From: Raillietiella orientalis
Lineage: Eukaryota
Length of the DNA: 64,000 bases
Assembly (NCBI GenBank): GCA_036172245.1
Contig: JAYWIR010000013.1
Coordinates: forward strand, 1,922,001 to 1,986,000
Direction of reading: 5' to 3'
Of this stretch, positions 51,601 through 63,400 are shown in pieces. The notes below the pieces were generated by a model. The model did not search any database and was not told the DNA's origin. It saw only the letters and a list, made by a program, of their open reading frames with translations. How positions within the stretch are numbered: position 1 is the first letter of the stretch; each line of letters opens with the position of its first letter. Both the position numbers and the translations under genes were made by a program.

Positions 51601-54574
51601 CATGGAGCCGTCGCCTCGTGGCCCCTGATCTCTCCACTGAGAGAGATCGAGGCCTGGAGCGCAGACCACCACTTGCCCCGTCCTTGACGCATAGAGGATG
51701 CCCCCGGGAGTCCTTCCTTCCCGCAAAGAGTGATCTTCACCTCGCCCTTCCCAATCCAGGTAACCGAACGACCTTCCTCCTCTCCGTGGGGGTGGAACCG
51801 GAAGGAAGGTCGCGAGGGAGGCGCGGATCCGGCAATGCCGTCGCCTTAGCGACCGGGGTCCTCCTTCCGCGGCGTCCAGCGCCCTTGGCCGCCTTTCCCT
51901 ACTCGGCAGAGGGTAGCGCCCAGCTGCCGGCTTTTTTCGGCCGTCGGAGCCTCCGGCTCACGTCCTGGGGCACACGCAACCGGAACGGCTCCATCCCTCC
52001 TCGACCATGCCCACGGGGAACCGAGGTCAAGAAGGAGACAAACCGCGGCAACCGGTGCACCTTAGGGAGCAGCCGGCTCGTGTCCGAGTTTTATGGCCGC
52101 CGGCTGATCCGCGGCTGCTGCACCTAAAGGGTGCGATGAACCCCACCGGCGGCGCTACGTACGCAGCTATTCGACCGACCTGTTCTCTTCTTCCCATGAC
52201 CAGGGTGGGGAGGCTGGCGCTAAGCAACGGGCGTCGTCGACCCTCTCCTTCCCACTTCCCCGCCCTCTGAGTGCGCTTCGCCGTGCGCTCTACTTCCCTT
52301 CCCCCCTCAGGCAAGCACAGTGCGAGCCACGGGTCATGAGTCACCTCGGTAAGGCCGGGCACGTACCGTCGAGGCACACGTTCTCCATGTAGCTGTAGTC
52401 GTCGTCGGGCACCAGCAGTTCGGGACCCGAGAACTGCCAGGGGCGGTCATGTAGGGTGCACGACCCGGTCCTCTGGTTGAAGCTGACGGACCGGCAGATC
52501 ATCTTGAACTCGTCCAGGCAGCGGTCCTGGCACTGGGTGGCATTGATGGCGTCGACCACGAGGCTGCCGGTCGCGTGGGCGGCTCGCCTCTTGCCGGGGA
52601 TCCGCCTGAACACGTACAGCCGATTCTTGCACTCGCTCCGTATCTTGCCGGCTAGGAAGAGAGGTTGCCAGGGGGATAGGGGGGCTACCGTAAACGCTAC
52701 AGTAGAGGCAGAGCTCGCTGAAGTGGCTCGTGTGCTCGTCCTCGACCAGGGAGCCCTCGACGTCCGCCTCGGAGTTGAAGCGGCACGCGCTGCCGTCCGG
52801 GACGAGCGCGCGGGTCGGCTGGAAGTCGAACGACCTGCACGTCCTGACCAGGTTGCTCGAGGTCCGGTCGCTCTGGCAGAGCTGCTGGCACTCCGACAGC
52901 ACGTCCACCGAGGCCCCTCTCCCGAGGTACTGAGGGAGGACAAGGGAGAACGGAGAGGCGCTCCGTGCGCCGCGGCCGGCAAGGGAGCGAGAGCCAGACG
53001 GAAGCTTCCCCCGAGCGGCGCCAGTCAGCAGGACGGCCGCTGCTGCCCCGCCGGTCACCTATGCACCCGAACGAAGGGCTCACCGTGTCCGCGGATGTGT
53101 TGGGGAGGGCCTGTCCTCCTCGACAGTGGTCGTCCGAGATGGAAAAAGGGAGCGGTGGTGCCACAATCCTTCCCCCCTTCCTTTCTCCGCCTGGCCGCCC
53201 TTATCGCCTCTGCGCCAGCCGATCCCTGCAGCGAGGCAGGCTCCATGCCCGCGCCGGCGGCAGCTACTTCCTCCCCGAACCGACTGCGCGTCCCCCTCCC
53301 CCTCCTGATCTCGCAGGTCGGAAGCAGATGCGGTCGTTCGATAGCGGCGACCCGGCGACCAGGAGAGGTCTCCGCCTGCGGCGGCGTCGCCTTCCGGGTC
53401 CGCCGGAGGTCCCCCGAGAACGGCAATCGCTGCCTTCACAGCTCCTCCGGACTGGAGAGGATAGCTTGGCGAGGAGGGACCGCCGCATCCACTCGGGAAT
53501 CTTGCCCCCTCCCCCCCATCGCGGGGGCAGGGGCGGAGCGTTCGCTGCCTCCGTTCGAGAGCGGAGAAAGAAGCGAAGAGGAAAGCAGGAGGTGGCTGCG
53601 AGAGGGAGGAGGAAGGGCGGAGCCGGAGGAAGGGGGTTGGTTGGAACTGCAGCCCCGCTGTCCCGAGGCCAGGCATCACCCGCACCCCGTTGCCGATCGT
53701 CCGCGGGGTCAGTCGGTTCCTCCGCCTCATGTGGTCCGCCCCTCCGCCGCCCCCGTCACGGGAATCAGCTCGCTCCGCTCCTTTCCCGACTCATCCCACC
53801 ACCGGAGCCGGCGTCTGGAAGCCCGGGAAAGTCGTTCTGGGTTGCTAGGCGACGGTGGAACGGCGGCGGCGGGGGAAGGCAGCTGCCCACAGCCCCTCCA
53901 TTGGGTGGACACAGCAGCACGGAACGCCTGGAGGCAGCCCCCGGGGCTACCTGACAGCAACCTCGGGTAGTCGAGAGAGGGGGGGCGCCGGAGGGTCGCC
54001 TCACGAGTGGAAGGAGAGGAGAGAGATAGAGCACCTCCGTGCCCCGCCGTCCCGCCCGGATGTACTCCCCAGGGACCTTCCTGCCCGCTCAATTCCGGTG
54101 TACCACCGCCGGTTCAGCTCAGGAAGGGGACAGGGTGAGACCCGCCTCGGGCGAAGTCAGGAGGCGCCTTGGCCGTCTCTGATGAGCGCGACGCTACGCC
54201 CTCCTTCCCCCCTTCTGCATTGGAGGGCCGCATGCCCACTCTGCCCCCCTCGCCCGCTCTCGCGGCCTCTGCCCAAGCTGGTACTCACGGGCTCGCTGCC
54301 GGGGATCCTGAGTCTGCGGTCCATAATCCTCTCATAAATGAGGAACCCGATGCCGTTGCACGTGGACTGCGCTGGAAGAGAGGGCAGCGTGGGGCAGCCT
54401 TCTCCTTCAGGAGGCCCTCCGTGGGCGCCCCACCCCCGAGAGCACAAAATGGGAAAGGAGCCCTACCCAACCACCCCCTCCCGGAGTGTGCCACCGCCAC
54501 TCACCATCAGCGAGCATCCGCAGGGTGTACAGGATGGACACGGCGTGCACCATCGTCCTGGTCGCCGTCGTCAT
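33631..54574 (-). CDS. nompA: NompA-like PAN/ZP-domain transmembrane extracellular-matrix protein, 16 exons, about 1080 aa
   Basis: Exons (minus strand): 54574-54505, 54371-54289, 52929-52701, 52651-52367, 51247-51115, 45592-45450, 43894-43601, 41382-41026, 40981-40795, 40748-40615, 35257-35079, 35032-34893, 34832-34590, 34530-34380, 34321-34142, 34059-33631. All 15 introns are GT-AG and phases are consistent. Leader: MTTATRTMVHAVSILYTLRMLADA. PAN1: QSTCNGIGFLIYERIM...VLSECQQLCQSDRTSSNLVRTCRSFDFQP, resembling insect NompA. Four further PAN domains: CQDRCLDEFKMICRSVSF, CKERCLRNDRFPCSAILF, CLGRCLEEPSTCRSVAY, CEKECVDSREFICKGFNF. ZP: VRQTCNEDGMEFTL...SGSPIPIEYLPAEN...GCPVDPYVFPSL...LEARFNAFKIP. 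Furin site GRRRRRKRK; TM LVLSLVVLLSTLLVAIVLGFL. The exon-3 donor (52701 or 52689) and the C-terminus (possible further donor at 33895) are uncertain. Confidence 0.93.
37000..38450 (-). mobile_element. Decayed LINE reverse-transcriptase and post-RT region in nompA intron 10
   Basis: FSRNPLRFFWRGTLRHPVNTASSLTPSLEAFLLRVR resembles the RGxRQGxPLSPxLFxLxLEPFL RT block. Downstream frames only weakly resemble post-RT sequence. Boundaries are approximate. Confidence 0.45.
43950..44550 (+). mobile_element. SINE family A, near full-length copy in nompA intron 6
   Basis: Head GGCGGCTCCAGTGGCTTCAGGGTCTTCGG...GCACCAAGCGGTGTGGGTTCGAATACC; body gatggcgctggtcg; tail gggtggcgcggacggtgttgaaaaagag...gcggacggttattcaggactc. 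Confidence 0.7.
47160..47750 (-). mobile_element. Decayed LINE post-RT fragment
   Basis: LPSLRARSRGRWGL, SLFRGVLQAF and DLLLGSPL occur in the order of the Tx1-type GGLGL, FYxxxLxAW and EPLxxNP blocks. Confidence 0.35.
47930..48152 (+). mobile_element. SINE family A, 3' fragment
   Basis: cttcctggattcatggggtggtccct...aacttgaagag...cagttcttcagcactcctt aligns with 13752-13871. Confidence 0.7.
49530..50245 (-). mobile_element. SINE family A, head plus body with internal ~30-bp subrepeats
   Basis: Reverse-complement head GGCCTTGTGGTTAAGGCTTCCGCGTGTGGCACCGTGCGTCGCGGGTTCGAATAC. The body is collinear with 13275-13740. Confidence 0.75.
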
Positions 54575-55260
54575 GTCGGGGCCTCGCCAGGAGGCGCCAC
54601 CATGGCCGCGGCGACTGCTCTGTCCTTCCGGCTGCTCCTCCTCCCGGGGTCTCGCAGGCAGCGCGGTGGGGGCGGACGCGGCTGCTGGCGGCGCTGCGGC
54701 GCGCGAAAGGGCGAGGCAGCTTCTGGGAGGGGCGGCGGCGACGGCTTCCCGCGGGAAGGAAGGGACGGCGGACGGCGGGCAGGCGGGTGGTGGCAGCGGC
54801 GGCGCACGCACGCATGCCCGTCCGCGCAAGCGCGTGCGTGGACGATCCGCTGACGGACAACGCGAGCGAGCGAGCAGGCGGCGGAAGTAGAGGGCGGGAC
54901 GCGGCGAAGGGAGGGGCAGGCGAAGGGAGCGGCTGGCGCGCGTCCGCTCGCCCTCTCTCCTCCCCCCTCCCCCTTCTCGCGCCCTCCTCTCTGCCGATGC
55001 CGCTCCGCAGGCTCCGCCGGGGGGACGGGTGCGCGGGGGAGAAGCGCTCGGGGCGCCCGATCGCATCGTGCAGGGGTGGTCAACCAACGAAGGCGGGAGA
55101 AGGAGGGTAGGGGAGTGGGAGGGAGACGGGGGAGGAAGGAAGGCGCACACATGGCAACCCCAGCTCGAACGGCCCCGCTGCCTCTGCGCAGCCGCACGGA
55201 CGGCAGGAGAGCCCAGTAGCCCACGCCACGGGCCCCCTCCTCGGACGCAGCCGCCCGGCG
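54575..55260 (-). promoter_or_regulatory. CpG-rich 5'UTR/promoter region of nompA
   Basis: Very GC- and CpG-rich tract immediately upstream of the ATG; positional inference only. Confidence 0.35.
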
Positions 55261-55407
55261 GAATGCTTGACATCATCACCGACTTCCTTCTTTCATCCTC
55301 TGCCTACTACCACTCCCGGGTGCTGATGGAAATCCTTTCGGATCCTCTTGCTCTCCCCGCTTCCCTTCTAGCTCTTTTTCTTTCGGATTTTCTTCTTTTC
55401 TGGTTCC

Positions 55408-55710
55408 CAAGGAGTGCTGAAGAGACGTTCACCTCTCTAAGGAAGGCTTACGAAGCTCTTCAGCGCTGTTCCACCCCACCTGGGGATTGTGTTGGCTCAT
55501 CAAGTGGCAGGAGGTACCCGGGAGGGACCACTCCATGAATTTTGGAAGGCTCCTGAGGAAAGGGTCCGTTCCTCACTTTACCTTGGGAGCTAACCCCGAA
55601 GCAAACCCTTGCCCTGGTTGTCCCCTAAGAAAACCTCGAAAGGAAGAACCTCTTCCTTGTTCTCTCCGGAGGGGCCCCCTGACGGGGCCGCTTCTCATTT
55701 CCTCTCCGAT
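55408..55710 (-). mobile_element. SINE family A, 3' half
   Basis: Reverse complement reads ccctccggagagaacaaggaag...aattcatggagtggtccct...tctcttcagcactccttgg. Confidence 0.7.
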
Positions 55711-56269
55711 CCCCACCTGAACACGCCGGAGCGTTTATTAAGATTAAAAATAACCTCACATACTGTGGCAGAATGCGTGGTCCTACCACACTCTGTTTAT
55801 TCACGGACCTGCCGGGTCGCCGGTGCACAGCCCGGCGGGGGTCACCTCTGCAGCGGAGGGGGAGAGGAGAAGACAAAAAGAAACTGGGAACTGGACGGCG
55901 GCGTCTCTCCTGTTTCTTCCTCTGTCGGCTTCGCTCCAGGTCGTTGCCGTCCCGCGGATGCAGCAGAGAGCTTCTGGGACTGCGGCTGGCTGCAGGACGT
56001 CCCGCACAAAGAGTAGCCGTAAAACGTCCCTCTGGTTGCCGACCGGGGTCCGCAGGGTCGCCTCAAAATGCTCCCGCGGGGATCGGAGACAACGCAGTTC
56101 GCAAGCAGGTACGGGAGGGGGGATTCCCGTTCCCCGCACCTGCGACAGTCCAGACTCAGCCCCATCCCCTGGACCCAGAGATGTCGCCGTGCGTTGCATG
56201 AGAGACCACAGTACAACAGCATAAGTGTCGACTCCTGCCGCTTCAAAAGGAGGGCGCTGCTATCCTTGA

Positions 56270-58470
56270 GCACTGGGAGCCACTCCAGGTCTTCTGATTG
56301 AGTGCCAAGCAGCTCGCCCCAGCACTGTAGTCCTCGCGGAAGGGCATTCGGGGTCGCAGCATCCGCCAGCTGTGGCTCATCCTCTCATCAGGTTCCGCCT
56401 GCCTGCGATCTCGCAGGAGACTCCCCACCTTTTGAGCGGTTGGCTGCTGCTGCCAAGTGCCCTTCCCAAGAAGGGCGTCGTTGCCGCGAGGGAGGTCCGC
56501 GCTCCGCTCGTGTGCTCTTGCCGGGACACTCCAGGCAGGATCTTCCGGAGCGAGCAGCAGGTGCAGATGCCGAGTGGCAAGCAGTTTCATTCTTCGGAGC
56601 TCTGCTCCTCCATCCCCGCTCATGTGCCAACTGTTCCCTCCAGCCAGGCGCTCGAGTTGGCGGGGTAACAGGCCGTGCTGCCGTTCTCCTTCTCCAGGGT
56701 GGCCCTGCGTCCGAGGAGGAGTCTGCATCTTCTCACCCTTCGGCCGCGGAACAAAAAATAAATGGCAGGTCCTTCCGCATGGGATGCACGGTAGATGGAG
56801 AGGAGGCGCGCGGGAACGCAGCAGGGGATGCTACGGTGCTTCGCTGCGACGGCCACGGTTCGCCCTCGCAGCTGAATCTTCATCCGCTCCGGCGTCAGAA
56901 TGCCGTCGTCCCGCAGTGAAGAAAACAGGTCCTTCAGCTGGGCTCGGGACCTCTTGTTGCCTCAAAGAGCTTTTCTCAGGAGGTTCTCGGTCTTCCTCTT
57001 GACGTCAGGTGAGGAGGAGCAAACAAAAAGTAAAGGATGGGGGAGGAATAACCCAGAGTCCACCAGCACCCCCGCTCCCGAAGCCAACTGAGGCCGACCA
57101 GCGCCATCTCGCAGAGGGACTCGAAACCAACGTGTCCCTCCGTTTCCGCCATCGACCCCCCTTCCCCGGTCGGGATTCGAACCCGCGACGCCAGGTGCCG
57201 CAGGTGGAGGCCGCAACCACGCGACCTCCGACCGCGGGCGAGATGGAAGCGCACAGTGGTCATCCTGGCTGTCGTTCAAACGGCCTTGAGCGGCCACGTG
57301 CTGGCGGAAACGGCCGAGTCGCGTTCAGCTTTCCCCGTCCGTTGCTGCTCGTAGCTGCGGTGATCCACCGCCATGGCTACTGCGCTCGTCATCGGGTGGG
57401 CGCGTCGTCGCTCACCGCTCTCCTTCAGGTGCAGCGATGGGCCTGCGACGTGCACCAAAGCGCGCTACCCACGATTCCTTTCACGAGGGCAGGGACTCGG
57501 TCTCTCGGTGCCGCCTTTCCCTCCAGAGGGTGGGCGCGCCCGAAAGCGAAGGTGCTTCTCCCCCCGTCCTCCCCAAGCACAGTGAGGCACCCTTCTGGGA
57601 TGTCCCCCGTGAAAACGACGCCGTTTCGGGCCCTCCGAGAGACCGAGGTGCCTCCTCCCCCAAGCGCTTCCCGTGAATCGGCTTCCCACCCATTCATCTT
57701 CCCCGACACTGCGCTCCTTCGTTTCTGTTCTGGACGCCTGAGATGTCCCCCAGCACGCTCGCCGCTCTTATCGCAGGAGACTCTGGAAAGCCCCAGGAAG
57801 AGCAGGTGGGTGCAGAGTACCGTGCCCTCAGGCGCACTGCCCGCCCACCGGGAGAATCACACAATCGCGACCAGCCCGCAAAGTTGGCAGACATCCTGCA
57901 GGATCGCGGGGATAAAAAAGAAAGACAGAAAGAAAAAACGATTGGGGATGCTGGATGACGCTTCCATCTCCGCTGCCCACCCCAAAGGATGATCTTCTGG
58001 AAATCCCCTCTGGGAAAGTGGAGATCCCCGCTGTGTTCCTGGACGACTCCCTCCTTCCCCTGAAGCTGCGGAACTCGGCATCGCGGATGCCGCATCGGGC
58101 CACACCCCATGCAACGCGCGCGCCCACCACTGAACCGGGGGAGAGTTGGTGCCGGACTGTGTCCAGTGCAGGGAAAGGGAAGTCTCCCTACATCTGCTTT
58201 TCGGGAGCATCTCCTTCCAGGGTGTTTGGGAAAGTCTCTCTGCAGCCCTACAATCCTCAAGGGCATATGGAAGCACCTTCTTCACGCGTAGGCAGCATCT
58301 TCCATCTTGCGGCGACAGCAGCACGGTCGTGGCGGTAGCAAGGAGCCACTCAGAGAAAGGTTGGACACCCAAGGGAACCTTTCAAGGAGGACCTTGAGAT
58401 GGCCCCCACCTACAACGGAAGAAGAAGAAGGAACTTGTCTGCATCCACAGACAGGACGCTGAAGACTCCA
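56270..58470 (+). mobile_element. Decayed L1/Tx1-clade LINE 3' portion, interrupted by a SINE head
   Basis: LPLKLRNSASRMPHRATP and DCVQCREREVSLHLLFGSISFQGVWESL (zf-RVT-like) at 58.05-58.25 kb are homologous to 14.0-14.25 kb. The 5' boundary is approximate. Confidence 0.5.
57050..57238 (-). mobile_element. SINE family A, 5' head fragment with the best-preserved box B
   Basis: Reverse complement reads GGTCGCGTGGTTGCGGCCTCCACCTGCGGCACCTGGCGTCGCGGGTTCGAATCCC, then ggtttcgagt...gatggcgctggtcggcc as in the other copies. Confidence 0.75.
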
Positions 58471-58885
58471 GGGAGTTCTCGGTTTCTCGGTTCCCTCGCC
58501 CCCAGGCCGTTTTTCAAGAACTTATTTACTTCCTTCCCTGGGCGAACACCGGGAGGCAAGCTGCCCGCCGGCAGCTAACGCCTCCGGGACTTTTACCGAC
58601 GTAGAGGGACTACGTAGACTCCTCTACGAAGGAAGGACTTTCTATATAGATTTAGATTTCGACAGCTTATATGTCGATATGTTTGTTTGTTTGTTTTTTC
58701 ACGACGAGCGCTCTGGAGTGACCCGGTGAGAACTCCCCACCCCCCTTCGTCTTCTCCGCCAGCTTCTTCGCTTTGTTCATCATCGACGGGACATCAGTTG
58801 AGGCCACGCCCATCCAACGACCGACACAACGCCGAGCTCCACGGGAGATCATTCAACCAAGGATGCGCCATCCATCTTTCTTCAG

Positions 58886-60402
58886 GCTGGTTTCGGCGCC
58901 CTTGCACGCTGAGGACACCTCCAAGGACCTGCTGCGGCCATTCCTCGCGAGAGGTGGAGTCACGACAGGCGGCGCTGCTGTTGAGACGGAGTGTTTGTTG
59001 CATCCGCACGATCGTTACAGCTTGCCATCTGTCGGAGTTTAGGGCGCAGCGAAGAGAGGTCACCCGCATGGCAACCACCGCCTACGTGCGTGAGGACGGT
59101 TGCTGGGTAACCTCACCTGGAAGGAGTGAAATCCAGGAGATCGCTGGCATCCATCGTCGGTTCTAGAAAGTAGGAATGACATCCTCCAGCGGTAATCCTC
59201 TCCTCACCTCACACCCCTTTCTATTTCTTTATTTATTTTTAAAAAAATTCTCCCTCCCCCCACTCGTTCCCAGGCTTTTTCTGTTTTTTCAAGAAAGAAC
59301 GAGACGCACTAAAGACCCTCATCCCTATGGTCCACTTTTACTTATTTATTCGTTTCCTGTCCCCTTCCTCCCGTTCCGGACTTTTGGAAACCTCCACTTG
59401 CGTGTAGGAGGACCCTCCCCTTGATCTTCATTTCTTGCTGGTTTCGTTTCGGGAGCTGTTTTTTCCCCAAATCCCTTGTTTATTTACTCATTTATTGTAA
59501 AATAAACGACCCGGCGTCACCGGGTGAAAATCCATCTTTCTTCCAGCTGAAGAATACGTCGCTCCGCGGCACCTCGGATTCCCGGAAGAACCTTCGAAGG
59601 CGTCTGCCCTTCCCAAGCCAAGAATGATGACACGATGACAATGACACGATGATCGCACGCCCAGTTCGCAGGCGTCGCTCCCTTCCCGGATCCGTGGAAA
59701 TGAAGTGAAGTGACCAAGGAGCACAAAGTGAACGGATTCCCGGAACAATTCGCGTTTCGAAATCGGAAGCGCAGAGCGATGGGCCTAGCGGAGCGACGCC
59801 ATCATCCCGTTTACGTATTTCGTCCACTGAAGCCGCGGTCAGTCCTTTGCCCCGAGACGCGCATCTTCCGTTCCACATGCACCTGCAGAGCCTGCTGTTC
59901 GAACGGGAGAACTGGAGTTTCGAATCCTTGGATGGGTTATCTTCCTGGCTCCGCAGCATGCTAAACGGGACTCAGAAGGCAACCAGCCCATTGGCAGGAT
60001 GGGCTGGTTGGCCACAATGGAGAGAGGGTTGGGCGCTACCTACATCCGCTCGCCTTCCCCGCAGCCGTCATCCCAAGCACGCAAACCCTTCAGCTGACAT
60101 CTGAATGCGATGGGCGTCCGCGGATCGGACTGTGCCTAAGCACCAACAGTGGAGTGAGATTGAAAACACGGAGGGAATGGACCGCCTCTCTTCCAACCTG
60201 GAAAAAAGGAACGACCATCGCAAGGCAATCCGTCAAGATTTCGATCCCTCGTCTCGTCCTGGTCAGTTTCATCGATCCAGGCCGCAGCAGACACATCGAG
60301 TTTGCCACCATTTGCTTTCCTCCCAATCAGCTCCGCGCTCTTGTTCTTGCGCTTACCAAGCCTAGCATTTCTCTGGAACGCTCCCTAATCCAGTATGCTT
60401 AG
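58886..60402 (+). CDS. Candidate exons of an uncharacterised gene
   Basis: Several pyrimidine-tract-plus-AG acceptors precede open segments (LVSAPLHAEDTSKDLLRPFLAR, SLLFERENWSFESLDGLSSWLRSML, LRALVLALTKPSISLERSLIQYA*). No complete model or homology. Confidence 0.22.
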
Positions 60403-63400
60403 TAGATCAGGGAGAACTGGAAGATCCATGCTTTCCTACGATGTAGGAAAACATGGTTCTTCCATTTCGCCCATCAATGGCTCTTTGGCTTCCTCCTTTT
60501 ATTGTGGAAGCGTTGCGGAGCGATCCATCTCCGTAGGTACGCTCGTGGGTCCTCTAATTCCCTCTGAGTCGTTCGCTGGTTCGAAAAGACTGGACTCTAT
60601 TAGATTTCGTGAGGCTTTGTCAAAGCGTGTGCCTCTCGCCCTGAAAACGCTCATCCGCGAAATGCGGATCCAAAAAGGAAAAAGAAACGGAAGCTAGGAG
60701 ATTCGTTCTCTGGTCAGGCGACATTTTTGGCTTCCCCATGGCGCCCAAGTGTGATGGCCATTTGAGGACATCGACTGCAGTTCATTCTGCTTCATAGAGT
60801 CGATTAATTGTCCGTCTGTACATCCCGAAACCACTGTGACCAACTCCCTCTTAATTGATTGCATTTCCTTGATCCTACAGTTGCATCCGCTTGGCTGGGT
60901 GCGCGCACCGCCGGCTAGCAGAGACGCGAGTGAACCTCGCGGGCAGCAGGTCTCTTCTGCTAACAGGATCTGCTGGTAAGATCCCATTGCAAGATGTCTC
61001 ACTCCAGCTACACAGGAGGGTGCCCCATTTTCTACTCTGTACCAGAAATGGGGCCGAATGATGCGCACCCAAACCGTCAGACGAACTCCTAAGCTGAGAG
61101 AGAGAACGTCGGTCATCAGATTCCGAACTTGGTGTTATACTTTTCTGGGTATGCACGTGCCCACGAACCTCCCCGCTCGCCGGCTCCCCCACTTGCTCCC
61201 AGTCACCGGGACGAATTTGTACTTTGGAAATCCAACTTCCTCGATGGCTAGGTTCACCCCGGGAATTCTCGTGCTTTCTTAAAATTGTTTCAACATGATT
61301 CGCTGCTCAGCACGAAGCCTCTCAGCAGCTCGTCGTAGGCATATATGAGTAACCAACACTTTCCTCATTCCATATTCCTACGCTATGTTTGAAACGCTGA
61401 AAGCCCCATCCAAACACTCCGCCTACTCTCAATGCCCCGGCAGAAAGACATTCTTTACTCATCGTGGAGTTTCTGTAAAAAGCGTTGGCTTTAAATTTCA
61501 TAAGGATGGAACTCCGTTAGATGACACAAATGGTCACCTGGTTTGTCACGTTCACGAAGTGTGGGTGTCCGAACCTCTACGGCCGCGCTCGCGAGTCCAA
61601 CCTCTGCCGGACTCAGCAAGGAACTCCACTCATTTTCTGATTCTGCAGATTCTCATCTTTTGCAAGCAGAAACAATTCCTCCAGGAGGAATACACCACTT
61701 TACGATCTTCGCGCAGGCAACTCAGTAGCGGGCATGAAATAAGCTTCTTGTAAAAAATGATATGTGATAAACTGACGTTGCAGGCCGACAGAGATAGCAG
61801 AACATATTTACCATCCATCCATCCATATGTATATGTATGTATGAATGCCTGGTTGCATTCTTGATCTGCACATGAATTGAAACATTTTTTTTTTTCTTTT
61901 AAAAAAAAGCGTGCAATCGTTTAAGATGCGAAATTTTCAAAAGTTTGAATTTCACTGCTGAAAATGCAAAAGGAAAATAATGCAGAATCATGACTCCTAC
62001 ACCTGTAGCAACAAACCGGACTACATTACGTGTAGAATCTGCACTCGGAAGTTATTTGTGTTTCTAACCTAAGCAACGAGTTTAGTAGGGTTTCCTTTTT
62101 GAAATGGTTACCATGGGAAGGGCCATTTGATAGTGATATTCAGCATGAGGTGGAGTGGAAGCCCTGGTTTGGTTGCATGACGTAGAGCGCTGCTTATGGA
62201 TACTTATGCTCATCGAATGGCACTGATGGGAAACTCTTTACGAGCCTATGATAGCAGTGCAAGACATGAAAGCTAACGTCAAACTCTTGTTTCATTCTTT
62301 TCCTTCCCCATGACAATCTCGGATTTCGGAACATCCACTTTTTTTTTTTCCTATCAAAGCCCAACCACATTTACGGAATTTCATGGCATGCATGAGAACT
62401 CGTGCCAGTGTCTTCGGAAGACAATGCAAAACTCTCTGAAAAGTCGATCACAGATCTATTATCCATAAACAGGAGCGAAAAGCCCGACCAGCCTGCAGAA
62501 AATTCCCTTCCCACCGTACCGCAAACCGAACAGAACGGCGCACTTTTTGCCGCCCGAGGAGCTTCCGCGAGGAAGCCAAAACTGATTCGGTTGAAGACGC
62601 GTCCCAGCTCATCACCGTGTAATGCCATCTGCCAAGTATGGCCTTGCGACGGAGGCTACAAGAAAAATTTCCACTTCACTTGATCCCTACTTTCTCTCTT
62701 CCTTCATTGTGCCTCTCTGGGACTGGCGGTGTGGGCGGCCGGCGCCTACGACCCGAAAGTGGCTTCAGTAATGCCAGGTCGCATCTTTGTCTCGGTCAAA
62801 TGTGGGCTGGTGAGAGGGTGCACGAGTTTCCCCCAAGTGATGTGACCAGTACTTCATTTCGCTCCCGGGACTCATCCTCGAGCAGTAGGAGGGGAAAAGG
62901 GCCCGGAGTGGTTTGCCAGTTTGCACATTCTGTGGTCAAATTCACCTGAAACCCTCGTCTAGCTTTCCGTCTTAGTCTGGTGTGTTCGATTCAATAAGTA
63001 CATGCAAACTGTATGTCCTACCCTTTTCCATAAGAAGCTTCGGACGATTGTGCACAAGACAAGAACTAGTGCATAAAAAAAAAAAAAAAAAGTCTTAACT
63101 GTCTACGCATGATTGATCATCAATTAAACAACCGACCGTTGTGAAACACTAGAGAAAGAAAATTGAGGAGTTCGCACGAATCCATGTTGTCAATCACGCA
63201 GAACATACCTACAAAGAAATAACTCATTTATACTCACATGCACACCCAAAATGTGGATATCATGTGCTCACTATGTTCTTCTGGATATGAATGTGTGCAA
63301 ATGATTATAAATTTCACAAGCCGTTTGCGTTATCCTTTGCAGGATTTTAACGTTTTATGTTCATATGTGTAGGAAATTGCTGAAAGAAAAAAAAAAAGAG

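Noticed and set aside
52930..53058. In-frame upstream acceptor extending nompA exon 3 by 43 codons
   Set aside because: It would interrupt PAN1, and the acceptor at 52930 has the better pyrimidine tract and restores normal spacing.
52456..53970. 504-aa plus-strand ORF, and similar long ORFs at 50799-52127, 43961-44863 and 54169-55110
   Set aside because: They are antisense to nompA exons and introns in very GC-rich, stop-poor DNA, are Arg/Pro/Gly-rich, and show no domain.
55263..55538. Apparent plus-strand gene start divergent from nompA (MLDIITDFLL...SAEETFTSLRKAY)
   Set aside because: The putative second exon is the reverse complement of the SINE 3' end.
50187..57238. tRNA-like sequences at 50187-50245 and 57172-57238 as genuine tRNA genes
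   Set aside because: No intact acceptor or anticodon stems, and both continue into the shared SINE body.
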